Shown in pieces: positions 13,801 to 28,170 of a stretch of 64,000 bases of DNA (position 1 is its first letter; every line of letters starts with the position of its first letter). Both the position numbers and the translations under genes were made by a program. Origin of the DNA: Eledone cirrhosa (Eukaryota). The notes under the pieces were generated by a model. That model worked only from the letters and a program-made list of their open reading frames with translations, had not been told where the DNA came from and made no database searches. The stretch spans positions 1 through 64,000 of the forward strand of contig CAXHJY010000214.1 of the NCBI GenBank assembly GCA_964016885.1. The letters run 5' to 3'.

Positions 13801-14499
13801 ATTCATATACACACACACAGTTATGCATTTTTAGATGGAAATGAAACATGTATATAAATATATATGTACGTATTAATAAAAAAACAAAGACATATACATA
13901 TGTGAATGTATCACTCTTGCATACAAGAATATAAATCCATAGATACAAAAAGCACATATTTTCACTAGTATGTATGCATGTACTGAAACATATACAAATG
14001 GAGATAAATATTTGGCACACATGTATAATAACAAAGAGAAACCTTGGATGGAACCCTTAACACAAAAACTACAAATATATATGTATATTCATTCATTGTG
14101 TGAAAAAATGCTTGTGAGAATGACAAAATGAATTTTGAATAATTAATACCAGATGATGACATCATCAAAGACACAAATGATTGTGGGCATAAAAAACAAT
14201 CTACAAAAATACTTTTTAAAGAATTCAAACTTTAGATATGTCCTGTTAGGTAAAACAAGACAAATGCAACATGAAACAAAACAAATGTCTATATTCAAAA
14301 TATATTTCTCCTTCATTGCAATATGAAAATGAAAGCAGACTGACACTGTAGACAGAAAATAATGGTAATGCCTTAGCAGATTTCAAAACTGTTGCTTATA
14401 AAGAAAAAACACAAAGATATATGTTGATCTGTTAATGAAAACAGACAATTATATTATATGTATTTATGTATTAATATATGTAAATTTATAAACAGTCTG

Positions 14500-15190
14500 G
14501 ATAATATATATATTATATATATTATATATATATTTTATATATATTATATATAATATATATAATATATTATGTATATATATATTTTACATATATTATGTAT
14601 ATATATTTTACATATATTATGTATATATATATATTTTATATATATTATATATAATATATAAATATATATATATATATAATATATATATATATAATATATA
14701 TATGTATTATATATACTATATATATATTATATATATATATATATGTAATATATATATATATATTATATATATATATTATATATATATATATTATATATAT
14801 ATATTATATATAATATATATAAAATATATATATATAATATATGTAAAATATATATATATACATAATATATGTAAAATATATATACATAATATATGTAAAA
14901 TATATATATACATAATATATGTAAAATATATATACATAATATATGTAAAATATATATATAGACATAAATATATATATATAATATATATAAAATATATATA
15001 TAATATATATAAAATATATATATAATATATATAAAATATATATATAATATATATAAAATATATATATATAATATATATAATATATATATATAAAATATAT
15101 ATATAATATATATATAAAATATATAATATATATATATATATAAAATATATATATAATATATATATATATATAATATATATATATATAATT

Positions 15191-15238
<48 letters not shown>

Positions 15239-15664
15239 TAAAATATATATATATATATTATATATATAATATATATAATATATATATATAATATATATAA
15301 AATGTATATATAATATATAATATATATATATATATAATATATATAATATATATATATAATATATATTATATATTTATGATATATATATATAATATATATA
15401 TATTATATATTATATATATATATATATATAATATAATATATATATATATATATATATATTATAATATACATGTATATATAATATAATATATATATATATA
15501 TTATATATATAATATATATATATATATATATGTATATTATATATATATATATATAATATATATATAATTTAATATATGTATATTATATATATATATAATA
15601 TATATATAATTTAATATATATATATATAATATATATATATATTATATTATATATACATGTATAT

Positions 15665-15710
<46 letters not shown>

Positions 15711-16301
15711 ATATTATATATATATAATATATAATATATATATATAATATAATATATATATTATATTATATATATATAATATATAATATATAATGAATGA
15801 AATGATAATATGATATTTATATATATAATATATAATATATATATAATATATATATATAATATAATATATATATATAATATATATATAATATGATATATAT
15901 ATATATATATATATAATATATAATATAATATATATATATATATATAATATATATATATAATATAATATATATATATATAATATAATATATATATATATAC
16001 TATTATATATATATATAATATTATATATATATATAATATAATATAATATATATATAATATAATATAATATATATATAATATAATATATATATAATATAAT
16101 ATATATATATAGATAATATATATATATATAATGTAATATAATATAATATATATATATAATATAATATATATATATATAATATAATATATATATATAATAT
16201 ATATATATATAATATATATATATATAATATAATATATATATATAATATATATATATATATAATATAATATATATATATATATAATATAATATATATATAT
16301 A
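14500..16301. repeat. About 1.8-kb almost pure A/T degenerate (TA)n/(TATAA)n tract
   Basis: Directly visible, with very few G/C bases. Confidence 0.98.
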
Positions 16302-16379
16302 GTTTATAACAAGCATTGCAAGATATGTAATAATGGAAGTCTTGGGAAAACCAGTTTGATGCAACTATGACATAGATTG

Positions 16380-17020
16380 ATGGAACAAGAGTAGTGTAAA
16401 ATTAGAATGACAAAACAGAAAATATTTTTCCCCTATACATTTCATAGTATTTCAAGGTTATAACTTTCTTTTCAAATGACAAATGAAGAAAAATTGGAGC
16501 TTTTTGTTCTTACATTCTTTTCCTTTGTTGTATGATTGAACATTAATATAAATGTGACATGTGCAAACCAGTCACAACAAGTGACAAAGATCTGTTGGTA
16601 ATTTTTTGTTCATGCTTTCTTCTGCAAATTACCCAGTTTTTCTTAGTGGCTTTTTTGGTGACCACAGTGTCTCATGTGAGGCACATCTTTGTGTTTTTTA
16701 ACAGATGAAACACTCATGGTTGTGTGCAGCTTTCAATACATGAGCTACCACATTTTTTGCAACAATCTCATTCATGTTTCTGCATTTTTGGTGGAAGTAT
16801 TAGGGAAGACAGGCTGATGTGACCAATCTGTATATGTCACATTTCCACTAATCGTCAATTATATAACAAAGGAAAAGATTGTAGAGACAAGACACTTCGA
16901 TATTTTTTCTTCGTCATGTGAAAAGAGAAGTTACGAGCTTGAAATTTGAAATATGAAATATATAGGGACAAAAATATTGTTTAGTTTTATCATACTTATT
17001 TAAATATACTCTTGTTCCGT
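16380..17020. mobile_element. Foldback/MITE-like element with about 200-bp imperfect inverted arms
   Basis: ATGGAACAAGAGTA pairs with TACTCTTGTTCCGT; TTTTCCTTTGTT pairs with AACAAAGGAAAA; AAATGTGACAT (about 16551) pairs with ATGTCACATTT (about 16835). Confidence 0.75.
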
Positions 17021-17484
17021 TTTTTTATTTCCTATTCTTCGCATTGTATCAGCTTTTCTAATATTTTCTTTATTATACATACACATACATATATCATATA
17101 TATATATTTCATATATATTAATACATATACACAATATATATATTTCATATATATATTATGAACATGTGGGGGTGTTTCTGTATCTAAATATTTATGTGTG
17201 TATATAAAATTTAAAAATGAAAGAATAGCAAATAGCCTTTGATTTCTTTCATATAGATAAAAATATTACAACCTATTTAAAGAGGTGCATTTAAAACAGC
17301 AATTGAATTATATCATTGTTGAACTCTATAATGTTCTTAATGTCTTATTTATAACTGAAATCTCCACCTGTCCCCTCAAAATCCCCTTTATTTATTAATC
17401 ATGAAAGAAAATCATAATTATATCGATAAATATAATGAGATTTAATTACTGTGTTGTTCACTTTTGCTTATTTTTATTTATTTA

Positions 17485-17701
17485 TTAACCCTTTAGCATT
17501 TACATTACTCTATATTTACTATTATATTTTTGTAGTAATGGCTTTATCTTACATAATATCTCACATAATATCGAATCTATGAGATTTTGATATTATTTAT
17601 TTTGAAAACAATACCTTAACATCAGTATGAGCAACTGTTTGAACAGACAGAGAGGAGAAAATTCTGGCCGGGTATGGCTGATTTAAATGCTAAAGGGTTA
17701 A
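17485..17701. mobile_element. piggyBac-type MITE, copy 1
   Basis: TTAA|CCCTTTAGCATTTA...TAAATGCTAAAGGG|TTAA; about 210 bp; six copies in the window. Confidence 0.88.
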
Positions 17702-18799
17702 TTTATTTAATGTTGTTATTGCATTGTTTGAAATACTTATGAAATATTTTAAAAAATGTTGCAGCTTGCTGAGTAGATAGAATTCCAAGTTTCTCTTTTG
17801 AATTAATCAGCCTATAATTACAAATTAATGGAAAAAAAAAAACCTAACAAAGAAACAAATATTCCCAGTAGTCTCTTAAATATTGCAACTGCTTAAGTTT
17901 AATAGATGCAGTGAAGCTGTGTCGGACCAAGTCATAGATGTACGATAAAATCTTTTGAAACTTTACGGTAAACAATGATAGTACAAAATAAAATAAATGT
18001 TAATATAATGGTGTATGTGTGTTTTAAATGACTATCTTCATTCTACTAAAATGCAATTCTTTCAATTTCAACATATAATTTTGTATCAAATTACTTGCCA
18101 AAGTCATATTTATATATATATATTAATAAATTCAACACTACAATGAAGACATGACACAGAGAAACACTAGGATGCATGTTTCATTGAGTGAACTCTACTT
18201 ATTCAAAATACACACACACACATATATATGTATTTCGCCAAATTATCTAAATGAATACATATGATTTTCTCAAAAACATTTTTCATTCCTTCCTCTTCTC
18301 CCTCCCTATTGTTCTATTTCATCTTTTATATCTCATTCAAATTTCCAATAAAGGTCTAGTGTCCGAAATGTGAAGACTCTTTTCCTACTCTATCAAGCGT
18401 ATATATTCCTTCATTGTACTGGGTTGTTTGCTTCTGTTTAAATTTTTCATACACTTTTTCACACACACGCATTATATATATATATACATACATACATACA
18501 TACATACATACATTGTAGTACAAATTTGGTGTAAATAGCCAAGGGTAAGGGCACTCAGTCAATAGGACGAGTTAAGTATAATTAATTACAATGGTGACAT
18601 ATACAAGTTCTTAACTTTCATTGGATTATACAACCCAACTCATTCAGCCTGTTATATAAATAAAGATGGCTACCCCGATTATAAGTTTTTTTAAATATAA
18701 GAGAGGTTTCTAAGGGTGGGTAATCCCAAATTTAGCTATAAATAGACAAATCATTTAAATAATATAAAGGGAGGTAAGTATAAAAAAAAAAAAAGGGAA

Positions 18800-19340
18800 G
18801 CAGCTTGTGTTGTACAAGTAGTCTAACACTTAAGTCGAAAAGTCGAAGAAAATATATTCAGTTAATCTGGTCTGTACCATTTTTTCAGAATGAGTTTTGC
18901 TTCATGAAGACAGTGACTAAAGCAGTAGAGGTGGGTATTTAAGCAGCTTTTCTCTGAAGCCAGTTGCAAAAGTATATTCCACTTTTCCGAAATACACAGC
19001 TGGCAAAATTTTGTTCCATTTTTTATTATAGGGAGTAGATTTTTCCAGTTTAGCAGCATATGAATCATCAGCTTCCTTCTGGAACAATATAGTTTCTCAC
19101 GGGAGAGGAATGAATATGTATATAAATCTAGCCTGCGCAACAGAACCTAAATTTCTGTTGTTCTGGCGCTGGAATAAGTTATATCTTAACCCAACTTTTT
19201 ACTATAGATATAGCTGTTTGCAGCTACCATTAGTGCTGAGAATACAATTTTATGAGAATTCATATAAACTCATTTCAAACCTTTTCAATTAATGTTTACA
19301 TACAAAATTTAAGCCAAGCTGGCTTTCTAAATTGAACGGA
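18800..19340 (-). mobile_element. Penelope-like element fragment (C-terminus of GIY-YIG region)
   Basis: KNGTKFCQLCISEKWNIL...CLN...CLHEAKL resembles the PLE CxLCxxEK...LN...CxH tail. Confidence 0.6.
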
Positions 19341-20449
19341 TACCAATACTCTTTATATCTTTATCTATCTACCTATTTTCTCCCCTCCACCCCCCACCCC
19401 CTATCTATTTTTGCTTCTCTTGCTCTCACCTCTCCCATGTTATTACCACTGCTGTTGCTGATACTTCTGCTCTCTCGTTGCTTACTGTTGCTGCTGTTCC
19501 CGTCAGAATAACAGTCAGCCTCTTTTCCCATTGACCACGGCTTTTCTCCTTGCTAAATATACCCCCTTTCGGTTCTCTCGTCCGTTTTTCATTGTTTTTG
19601 GAGGGGTGGGGTGGGAGGTTTGTTTCCTCCTTTCTCTTCTAGAAAAATTCTTTTTCTCTTTCTATGTTTTCCTTTCAGATGAAGGACAAGCAACATAAAA
19701 CATGTTCATACTTTCCCTTTAAATGATATGCTAATATACTATTATCATATTGTGTTCTCTGTTGTTATTCATTGATTTTATTGACCTGCATTTTATGTAC
19801 ACATATATATATATGTGTGTGTGTCTTTATAATAATATTAGACATTATAAGCACCGATTTAAAATAGAAAAGAGAAACAGGTCCACTTACATGATCCAAA
19901 ACACTTATCTATGACTTACCTGGCGACTGTGTTATTGGTTACACTATAGTGAGCCTTTTAATCTAAGATAAGGTACTTAAATATATTCTGTTTTACTGAT
20001 ATTTTATTTTATTTATTCAGTAAAAATATTTTTAACTGTACTGTTTTTATCTCTACAAGATAATTAATTAGGCCTACCTGCAAGTCAATTTACATTTAAC
20101 TTTTATATATTATTTTGTCAGGCCCTCCAAAACTGAGGATGTTGCTGTTGTTTAACCTAAGATCAGTCCTGATTGGGCAGCAGATTTATGATGAAAGGCA
20201 TCACAGCTGTGACCAATCAATCTTTTTCCCAGACACAGTGCACTCAAACATATTATCAAAGATAGTAGGATGAGATTTGTGGAACATTTGGCTGCTATTT
20301 GTAGCAAGTCTATTGACTGTGTAGAGGCTCCCTAATTGTTTTAAGTTTGGAGAGGCTAATGCAGTTGATGCTCAACTATAAGAAATAACTATAAATTAAT
20401 TCTTTGAGTGCAAAAAAACATACTGACATATCTTTTACTTCTGTGCCAA

Positions 20450-20910
20450 AGATTCTTCTTCTTGTCATGTCCACGAGAGTGTCAGTTACAAGCCTTGGTT
20501 ATATGTGGTTCCAACACAGCAGAACACATTGCTGTCCTTTCTCATTAAACTCTGCTAAGACCAATGCTGTGCAGGTGCAGGGGTGTTCCAGCAGGGAGCA
20601 TATCAGGTGCTGCATAGCTGTAGTTCGATGTAGCAGTCACACACGTTCCCATCCTTTAAATATCCCCATTTTGCAAGAGTGACTTTTGCACGTCCAACAC
20701 CAGATCTTAATCTGTTTAGGCATTTCCGCACTGCATAGTTTATATTTGCTCCCGGGGGCAGTGCCTCACTCGCCTTTAGCTCCATTGTTATTGCTGATGG
20801 GAGGTTAAGTTTTTCTTCCCAACGAGTGATTCTTTCACTACTTATGCTTGATGTTCCAAGGATGTATGCTGTATTGCTCTGTTTTAGCCTAGTTTGTGAA
20901 GCACAGGTCC
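20450..20910 (-). mobile_element. LINE 3' fragment with C-terminal zinc knuckle (RTEX/Ingi-like)
   Basis: CLNRLRSGVGRAKVTLAKWG...CDC in ORF 20603..20950; (AAG)n-like tail near 20455. Confidence 0.65.
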
Positions 20911-21429
20911 AGACAAAATAAATATAGCAAAGAAAATATTTCTTTCTCATTTTATTTTTTTAACAAATTATGTTTTTTATTCAAAAGATTAACATGTAAT
21001 CCAAATTTGGGTCAGTAAAATGCTGAAAGTGACATTCAACAACAGGCGCAAATTGGTTAATACCATGAGTAGGTACATTTCCTTCCTGAAAAGCCAACAG
21101 CACCATATAGTTTAAAAGTGTTTTGTTAGTATACAATGTCTTATTTCAACAAATTTGTTGTGAGTTGTACACATGAATACTACTAACTCTTAACACCCTG
21201 AACCACATGTAACTGAATAAGCTAAAGATTCCTGAAAAATACAAACCAGCACTATAGGTGTATAAGATTAAAGATTTTACTTTAGTTTACTGCAAATTTT
21301 CACACCAATCTGTCACTTTTAAAGATACTATAAGCATTTCAATTAACAAACCCATTTTTAGATATTTTCTACTGAATAATTACAGTATGTTAAATAATTA
21401 ATAACCAGACCAAAGCACCAATACATCCT

Positions 21430-21727
21430 CATCATCATCACTGTTTTACATCCATTCTTCCATGCTAGCATGGGTTAGACGGGTTGTCCTGTTGTGGGCA
21501 GTGCCCGGTCGGCTGACCTTGTCTTGCTCATACGGAACAGATTTTGGCTTGATTTCTACAGCTGGATGCCCTTCCTAACACCAACCTCATTTACAGTGAG
21601 TGCTGGGTACTTTTTTTCTGCAGCACCTACATGTCCACTTTGCAGTGGGAGGGGGTGGGGGCATGTTGTCTATATGCTTCAGCTTCAGCTTGTACCCGTG
21701 GGAAGTCAGGTATTCTGTATTACTGAA
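21430..21727 (-). mobile_element. RTE 3' UTR copy downstream of the COG3 stop
   Basis: Highly similar to 48120-48455, with an internal deletion. Confidence 0.85.
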
Positions 21728-21873
21728 TACATAATTTTAAATATAATGCTGACTTCTAATCTGACTTCTACACAAAATGTTAAGAATCAGATCAGAAGAA
21801 AACCACAACAAAACAGATTAGCAAAAAATAATTAACAATCACAAGTTTACTTTACTGAAATTTCAACCATTAA

Positions 21874-21879
21874 TTTATT
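21874..21879 (-). promoter_or_regulatory. Candidate proximal COG3 poly(A) signal AATAAA
   Basis: TTTATT on the + strand about 290 nt past the stop; the hexamer is common in AT-rich DNA, so support is weak. Confidence 0.3.
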
Positions 21880-22164
21880 TGCCACATAACAGATATTTAA
21901 ATAAACAAGTTAATATGGTAAACAGTTTGAGTGAATGTAATAAATCATCACCACGCATCACAGATCCACTTCCAAAATATTTAAAATAAACATTGTTTGG
22001 AAGGAATTTTATCGCAAAGTGTGTTCAACCAGGTGAGGTTATGAAAGGAAAAAAAAATTCTCAAAATGAGTTTGCGAAGATTTCATCATTATAGTCATTA
22101 AGGTCCCCGATATTGAAAAAATGTTTGCTGTAGAACCAAGACAAATCCCATTGAAGCGCAATTA

Positions 22165-22194
22165 TTATTTGCTAGCAGATAGTAATAAATTTAT
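22165..22194 (-). CDS. COG3: COG3 last coding exon (INLLLSASK*)
   Basis: tttccag acceptor after a pyrimidine tract; tandem TAA TAA stops; resembles the recalled human end LSLLLLVSK*. Confidence 0.88.
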   Translation of the reverse strand: MNLLLSASK

Positions 22195-22761
22195 CTGGAA
22201 ATGGAAAGAAGAAGTAAACATCAATGTTAGCATGAAAAATAAATAATCAACACATAAAAGAACAGAGACAATGAAATAGCAGCTAAATCTTTCTTAAATC
22301 ACATTCTACCATCTTACAACAGAATGAGTAAATCCTATATAAGTCTCTATGGCAATACTGGTTTCCTTTCACAGCCATAATGACCCTACATGTGAAAAGT
22401 ATAGGCTTATAGTTAGGAACATAAGAAAATTTTAAGAGCAACCTTTTTATAGCCTTGGGCTGAAGAATGCTTCGTGAATGTAAACTATACAAAAGTATAT
22501 AGATAAAAATTTATATAAATATATACACATACAATAAACTTTCAAATTAATGGATTACTAGTGGTGCAGGAGGTATGTATATTAATACTAAATGTCTACT
22601 AAATCAAAGGTAAATTAGTGGTTATTTCTTTTGTTTTAATATAAAAAATAAGCTTTCATATACACGGATGCACAATATAAAATTTTCCAATTAATAAAGG
22701 ATATGTAATTTTGACATCTCTTTTGATAATATATTTTGCTGTGATTATAATGATAGTATAA

Positions 22762-22935
22762 TAGAGGGTCGGACGTCATGCTTTGACGCATAGAGTTACG
22801 GCCCTTGCCATTCTGAGTTCAAATCTCGCCGAGGTTAACTTTGCCTTTCATCCTTACGGGGTCGATAAAATAAAGTACCAGTAATACACTGGGTAATTGC
22901 TGGCCTTGTGCCTAATGTAGAAATAACTATTATTT
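22762..22935 (+). mobile_element. SINE family A copy
   Basis: Same core: GAGTTCAAATCTCGCCGAGGTTAACTTTGCCTTTCATCC. Confidence 0.85.
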
Positions 22936-23399
22936 GGTCAATTAAATCCATTACAATAGGTATCAAGTTTTACTATATGAGTTACATGTTACAAGGATGA
23001 TTAGCAACTAATTAGTTACTTCAGGCAAACAGGTGCACCTAATTCAAATTCACCATACTGCCATTTAAAAAAAATTATTTTTGCTTTCTGTCGAGGAGTG
23101 AAGAATGCTATGGTTACCTCCCCTACATTACTCGTAGGGAAGATAACCATAGAAAACTTTTTAAATATGAAAAAAAGCGTTCAATACCAAAGTAAAATAT
23201 ATTTATTTATTATATTACTGAGATAATTCACTATGGCTACTCTCGGTTTCATCAGTAAGCAGTCACAAAATTCATAGTTACCCAGTATTCTTTCCATCAT
23301 TCAATTTAGCTATTATGCCTTTAAATTGTAATTTCACAGTAAAATTTTGATGCAAAATACTAACAAATTTACAGATTTATTAAAGAATACAAATTGTAC

Positions 23400-23498
23400 C
23401 TGTTCTATAGAAGGACAACCCACAATTTGTCTGTCTTCTTCTGTATAGTCCGAGTTCAGTAGTTGAGAGAATTGCTGGTAAGTTTGCTGTACACTCAC
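23400..23498 (-). CDS. COG3: COG3 penultimate exon (VSVQQTYQQFSQLLNSDYTEEDRQIVGCPSIEQ)
   Basis: ttgtag|...|gtacaa; EDxQIxxCPSxEQ motif. Confidence 0.94.
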
Positions 23499-23836
23499 CT
23501 ACAAGGAACAATTAAATGACATGAAACAGAATAATAATTTCAAGTCTTTGTTAGGACATTGAATCTGCTTCATGAGGCCTGAATTTTTTTCCCTTTCACA
23601 AAACCCAATAAAATGCAAGATCATGCAGATTGCTTGCATGATTTCATTAAGTACTCATCTAAGATATATCTCGTTTCTCCCATCATATCTATTCTTCAAC
23701 ATCATCACCACTCTATGTGCATTTTCCCAAGCTTGAATATATTGGACATTACTAAATATAACTACCTCAGATAGACAAATCAATAAAGAAACCCTGGGAA
23801 GTCACTCAACTAACTAAAAATAGTAACTAAATCCCC

Positions 23837-24053
23837 TTAACCCTTTAGCATTTAAACTAGCTGTATCTGGCCAGAATTCTCTCACCTCTTTCTGTTCAAA
23901 CCGGCTGTAGCTGGCTGCTCATACTGATGTTAAGGTATGGTTCTCAAAATAAATAATATCAAAATCTCATAGATAAGATAATTATGTAAGATAAAGCCTT
24001 TACCTTAAAAATACAATAGTATATATAGAGTAATGTAAATGCTAAAGGGTTAA
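23837..24053. mobile_element. piggyBac-type MITE, copy 2 (opposite orientation)
   Basis: Same TIRs and TTAA flanks; internal sequence is the reverse complement of the other copies. Confidence 0.88.
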
Positions 24054-25362
24054 ATAGCATCTTATAACAAGGACACAATGGATGGCTTGAACACCTTTGA
24101 CCATATGTCTATTCAATCATGGCTGGTCTAGAAGTGAACAATAAAAAGCTCAGTTGGCAATAAAGCAAAGCTAAACTAACCAGAGAATATTCTGAACCAA
24201 GAACATCCTGTCAACATTCTACTAGTAAATACCACAGAGTCACCATCCTGAGCATATGTTGTTGTTTTAAGCTACTGAGGTAGAAGATTGTTCTTTCTGT
24301 TGTTAGTGGCTTCTAGTTTTAACTCTAATTATTCTAATGTATAGGTGGGATTGATCTACTGAATAATATCTTTCTAGGACAGACAAGGAAATGTTTATAT
24401 AGTATTTCAACCAGTTCATCATGGGTAACCAAGTCTGCTTCAAAATTTGTTCTACTGTCCTTAAAATGAGAATTAGATGTTCGAAATCTAAACCCTTGAA
24501 AATTATGCTCCTACAATAGGAAAAGGATGGTCACAAGTAAGGTGTTGACAGGTCATAGATCTACTTAAGCTGAAATTATCGTTGCTATCAACAACAAAAT
24601 CATAAGTTTCCAAGCCACAAAATACAATGAAGATAACTTATTTTCGAAATACATATTTACATTTTTATGTTGTTGTCATACAAACAGATTTGATGAATCT
24701 ACAAATGTAAAAACTGTGGCATAAATGCACACAACAGATTATCATCACTCAATGCCTCTTCTTAATACAAAACCACACAACATTGAACTAAGAGATGGTA
24801 CATACTTTTTGCCAAGCAAGGTTAAAATAAGAAAAATAAAGTTAATAGCAACCCTTCATGGTAGTACTTGACTGTTTATATATAAACACTAAATAGCTTC
24901 ACAATAGTTCTGTTGACTCCATCTACTTAACAATATCAACAACTAATGAATTTCTTCATGGTCACTTAGTATACTAAAGCTATATTATTCCAACTATACT
25001 TGAATATATGATGAGAAGATCACAACTAGAACTCAGGGCTAAATGAGAGCAAAAAGAACTACCTTTAAAGAAGATTGCAACCACTATACATGTTATGTTG
25101 AAATATGTATTATGTAAATACATGATAGGAATCAAATTTAAAAGGTACTGTGTAAATGTGTCTGCATGTATATGCATGTGTGTGCATCATCATTATCTTA
25201 CATTTTACATCCACTTCTGAACTAGTTGTCGAAACAGCAAGAGCTCAGTTGCCTGCCTCTAACTCTTTCTAACACACACACATATATATATATATCAATG
25301 TAGAATGTAGTTTAATGCATGGGGCAGAGCTTGAACCCATAAGCAACAAATTCTCAACTCAC

Positions 25363-25569
25363 CTTGACTGGTTTGAATAAAATATATTCAGTATCCTTAT
25401 TTGCAAGATAAAGGCTCATACTTCTTTTTACAAGAGGTAGTCGAGACTTCAAATTTTTGTAACTCTCTGCTACAATATCATGTAATTTTTCCGGAATAGC
25501 AAATGGCTGATTACGCAAAGATATTTTATGTACTCCTTCTTCTTTCTTCATATCAACAACGACAGTAGC
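25363..25569 (-). CDS. COG3: COG3 exon (ATVVVDMKK...RSMSLYLANKDTEYILFKPVK)
   Basis: ORF 25354..25575; SMSLYLxNKDTExILFKPV motif; donor gtgagt. Confidence 0.96.
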
Positions 25570-26453
25570 CTGCAATATAAGATATAGTTAATATACTCCC
25601 CTGGACCAAATGTCTTACAATCCATGATTTTTAATAAGAATTACTGCAGCCAACAATATAGAAATTAATATAAGCTCAGAAGGAAGCTTAGTATATCAAC
25701 CAAATTTTTCTCAACATATTGCCCACCATCTTTGGAATGGAAATGACCTAATTAAAGTCCTATATGTTAAGATAACATGCTCACACTAAAACAGGATGAC
25801 CACTAGCTAGAATACTAATTGCTGAAATTCAACACATACTGACATGCTGGACATCTAATCCTTTTTGGTCCAAAGTTTTAGACCAATTACATATATTCTT
25901 CCTATCATGCATTATTCCTATAATGATTATTACTTGCAGTCTTATACAACCATGAGTCTTCAGTAACAGCTACATATCTCAGGAAGGCTCGACTTGATGC
26001 AAGTACCTCTATAAGCTCTAAGTCTGCTGAGCAGAAATGACACAGGGAACTCACCAATGGTAGAATAAACATCAATGAGTGAACTAAAGAAAACTATATT
26101 GCAATTCTTCACTTATAACACTGATCTAAAACTAAACAACAATCACTGACAGAATTCCCTATGTTGAACTTTTAACTAGTTACTTCAGCATACTAATTTT
26201 TTGTATATTATTAAATAAGTTCTAGGAATTTCTACAGTCAAGAAAGTCATCAATGATTGGTGTCATTTATTGTCCATAATGACATGGTAGCTACTACATG
26301 TGAGTTTTAAACATGTAGACCAATGCATATAATTGCTACCATAGAGTGATATTTTGCTCACAATACATTAATTCCAAAAATGTAGTTCAATTATATATCT
26401 ATAAATATATTATTTTGCAATGACTATTATTGTCTTATAATTTTGTGCTAAAA

Positions 26454-26652
26454 GGGCGGTTGATCGGACATCATGCTTAGCGGCATAGAGTTTCAGCCCT
26501 TTATATTCTGAGTTCAAATATCGCTGAGGTTAGCTTTGCCTTTCATCCTTATAGCGTTGATAAAATAAAGTACCAGCAGTACACTGGGGTCAATTTAATC
26601 GACTTTCTCCTTTCCCAAAATTATTGGCCTTGTGCCTATAACAGAAACCATT
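26454..26652 (+). mobile_element. SINE family A copy with 14-bp TSD
   Basis: TSD ATTTTGTGCTAAAA at 26440-26453 and 26653-26666. Confidence 0.88.
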
Positions 26653-27029
26653 ATTTTGTGCTAAAACTTACAAAGAAATTTCAATAATCACACATATTTG
26701 CAGAATATTATATTTTTTCCAGATGAATTGTAAACTAGAGAATATAAAAGAGTAAGTAAATTTTTTACTATATTAAGTTAACTGTAAAATGAAAACATCA
26801 CATAACTCTTAATTGGTTAATGGGATACCCAAACAAAAACATTTCACACATGTTAAATAAAAATGAGCCTGGTAGAGTCCACATCTTTCCAGAAAATAAA
26901 TGTCAAAGATTCTTTTTATATGACATATTTCACCTTTCAATGATGCTTGCACAATGATTACCATATATATAGATATCAAGAACAATTTGAGGATTATCCT
27001 TACTAGAAAAAAAATCAATAAAAGCTTAC

Positions 27030-27164
27030 TTTTGACAAAAATGATTTCAATGGTTCTGTGAAATATTCTGATATATGATGTATGAATTCTTCACAATTCT
27101 TCTTTAGTTCACTATCTACATCTTTCTTTGAATCAACAAAGTGTTCTGTTACCTGTGGTGTTCC
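27030..27164 (-). CDS. COG3: COG3 exon (GTPQVTEHFVDSKKDVDSELKKNCEEFIHHISEYFTEPLKSFLSK)
   Basis: GTP...DSKKDVD..LK..CE.FI motif; tatag|...|gtaagc. Confidence 0.95.
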
Positions 27165-28170
27165 CTATAATACAGAACAGAAGAAACAAAAATAGAAAAT
27201 TAAATAGAAACACAAGTCTTTGGTGAAAGTAACTGTTCATATTTACCCCCACCAACCATCTTACTTTTATCACTTAATCCATTCTACCTCTGCCAGATCA
27301 TGCCAGTTGTATAAAATAGGAAATCACCAAATCCAGCTGTATCCAATTCACTTCTACAATTCCATTGCTTTATTGCTAGCAATACCCCTTCTCTCTCTTA
27401 CCACTACCTATCTTTATTGCTATCCATCACTCCCCCAGCAAAATCTTTCTCTCACTTCCATTACTCCCTCTTCTATCACCCCATCTCCCCCTTATCACTC
27501 TCTCTTTCCAGATGATGTCACTCATCCTGTTTCTCTGTTTAATCTCCTTACCAACAGCCAGCATGTAGCTTTCTATCACTATCACTCTTCCTTTACCACT
27601 ATCACTCTTTTACCCTGGATTCTCTTCCTAATGTGAACCACTTTGCAGCATGTACTGAGGTCATTTTATTATGTCACTGGCACTTCTACTTTACAGGGTA
27701 GACTGGGTGTTTTTTGACATAGCATCAGCACTACCACTTAACATTGTGGGCTGAATGCATTTTGTCATAGCATGCAATTTGCAAACCCATAAAGCCAATG
27801 AATGAATTATCCATTGATTATATTGAAAACATGTAGCAGCGTGATTGTACAGAGAGAGAGAGAGTACTGCATTTTAATATAAATGGTTAATTACAGATAC
27901 ACAAAAGATAGTTATAACTGGAGATTATTAAGTTACAATGAATGACTATGATAACATAGATGTCAGTTTTCAACCACATCTAATTGCCAAATTAGATGAT
28001 TATTTCAGCTTCATTCACCACCACAGGTTGCATATTTTCTAGAGCTGAATGTTTTAACTTCACCTACCCTGGCTTTGTTTTGTTTACTTGTCAATAGGAT
28101 TTACCAGAGCCTGTCTATTTTCAGATTCTAAGATACATAGGACTGGATATTAGTTTAATAATTAGTTTAA

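Noticed and set aside
19676-19705. Hammerhead-like CAGATGA...TAAAAC near the Penelope remnant (and CTGATGA on the minus strand at about 1626-1632)
   Set aside because: The conserved CUGANGA/GAAA core is incomplete and no convincing stems I-III are present; at most a decayed remnant.
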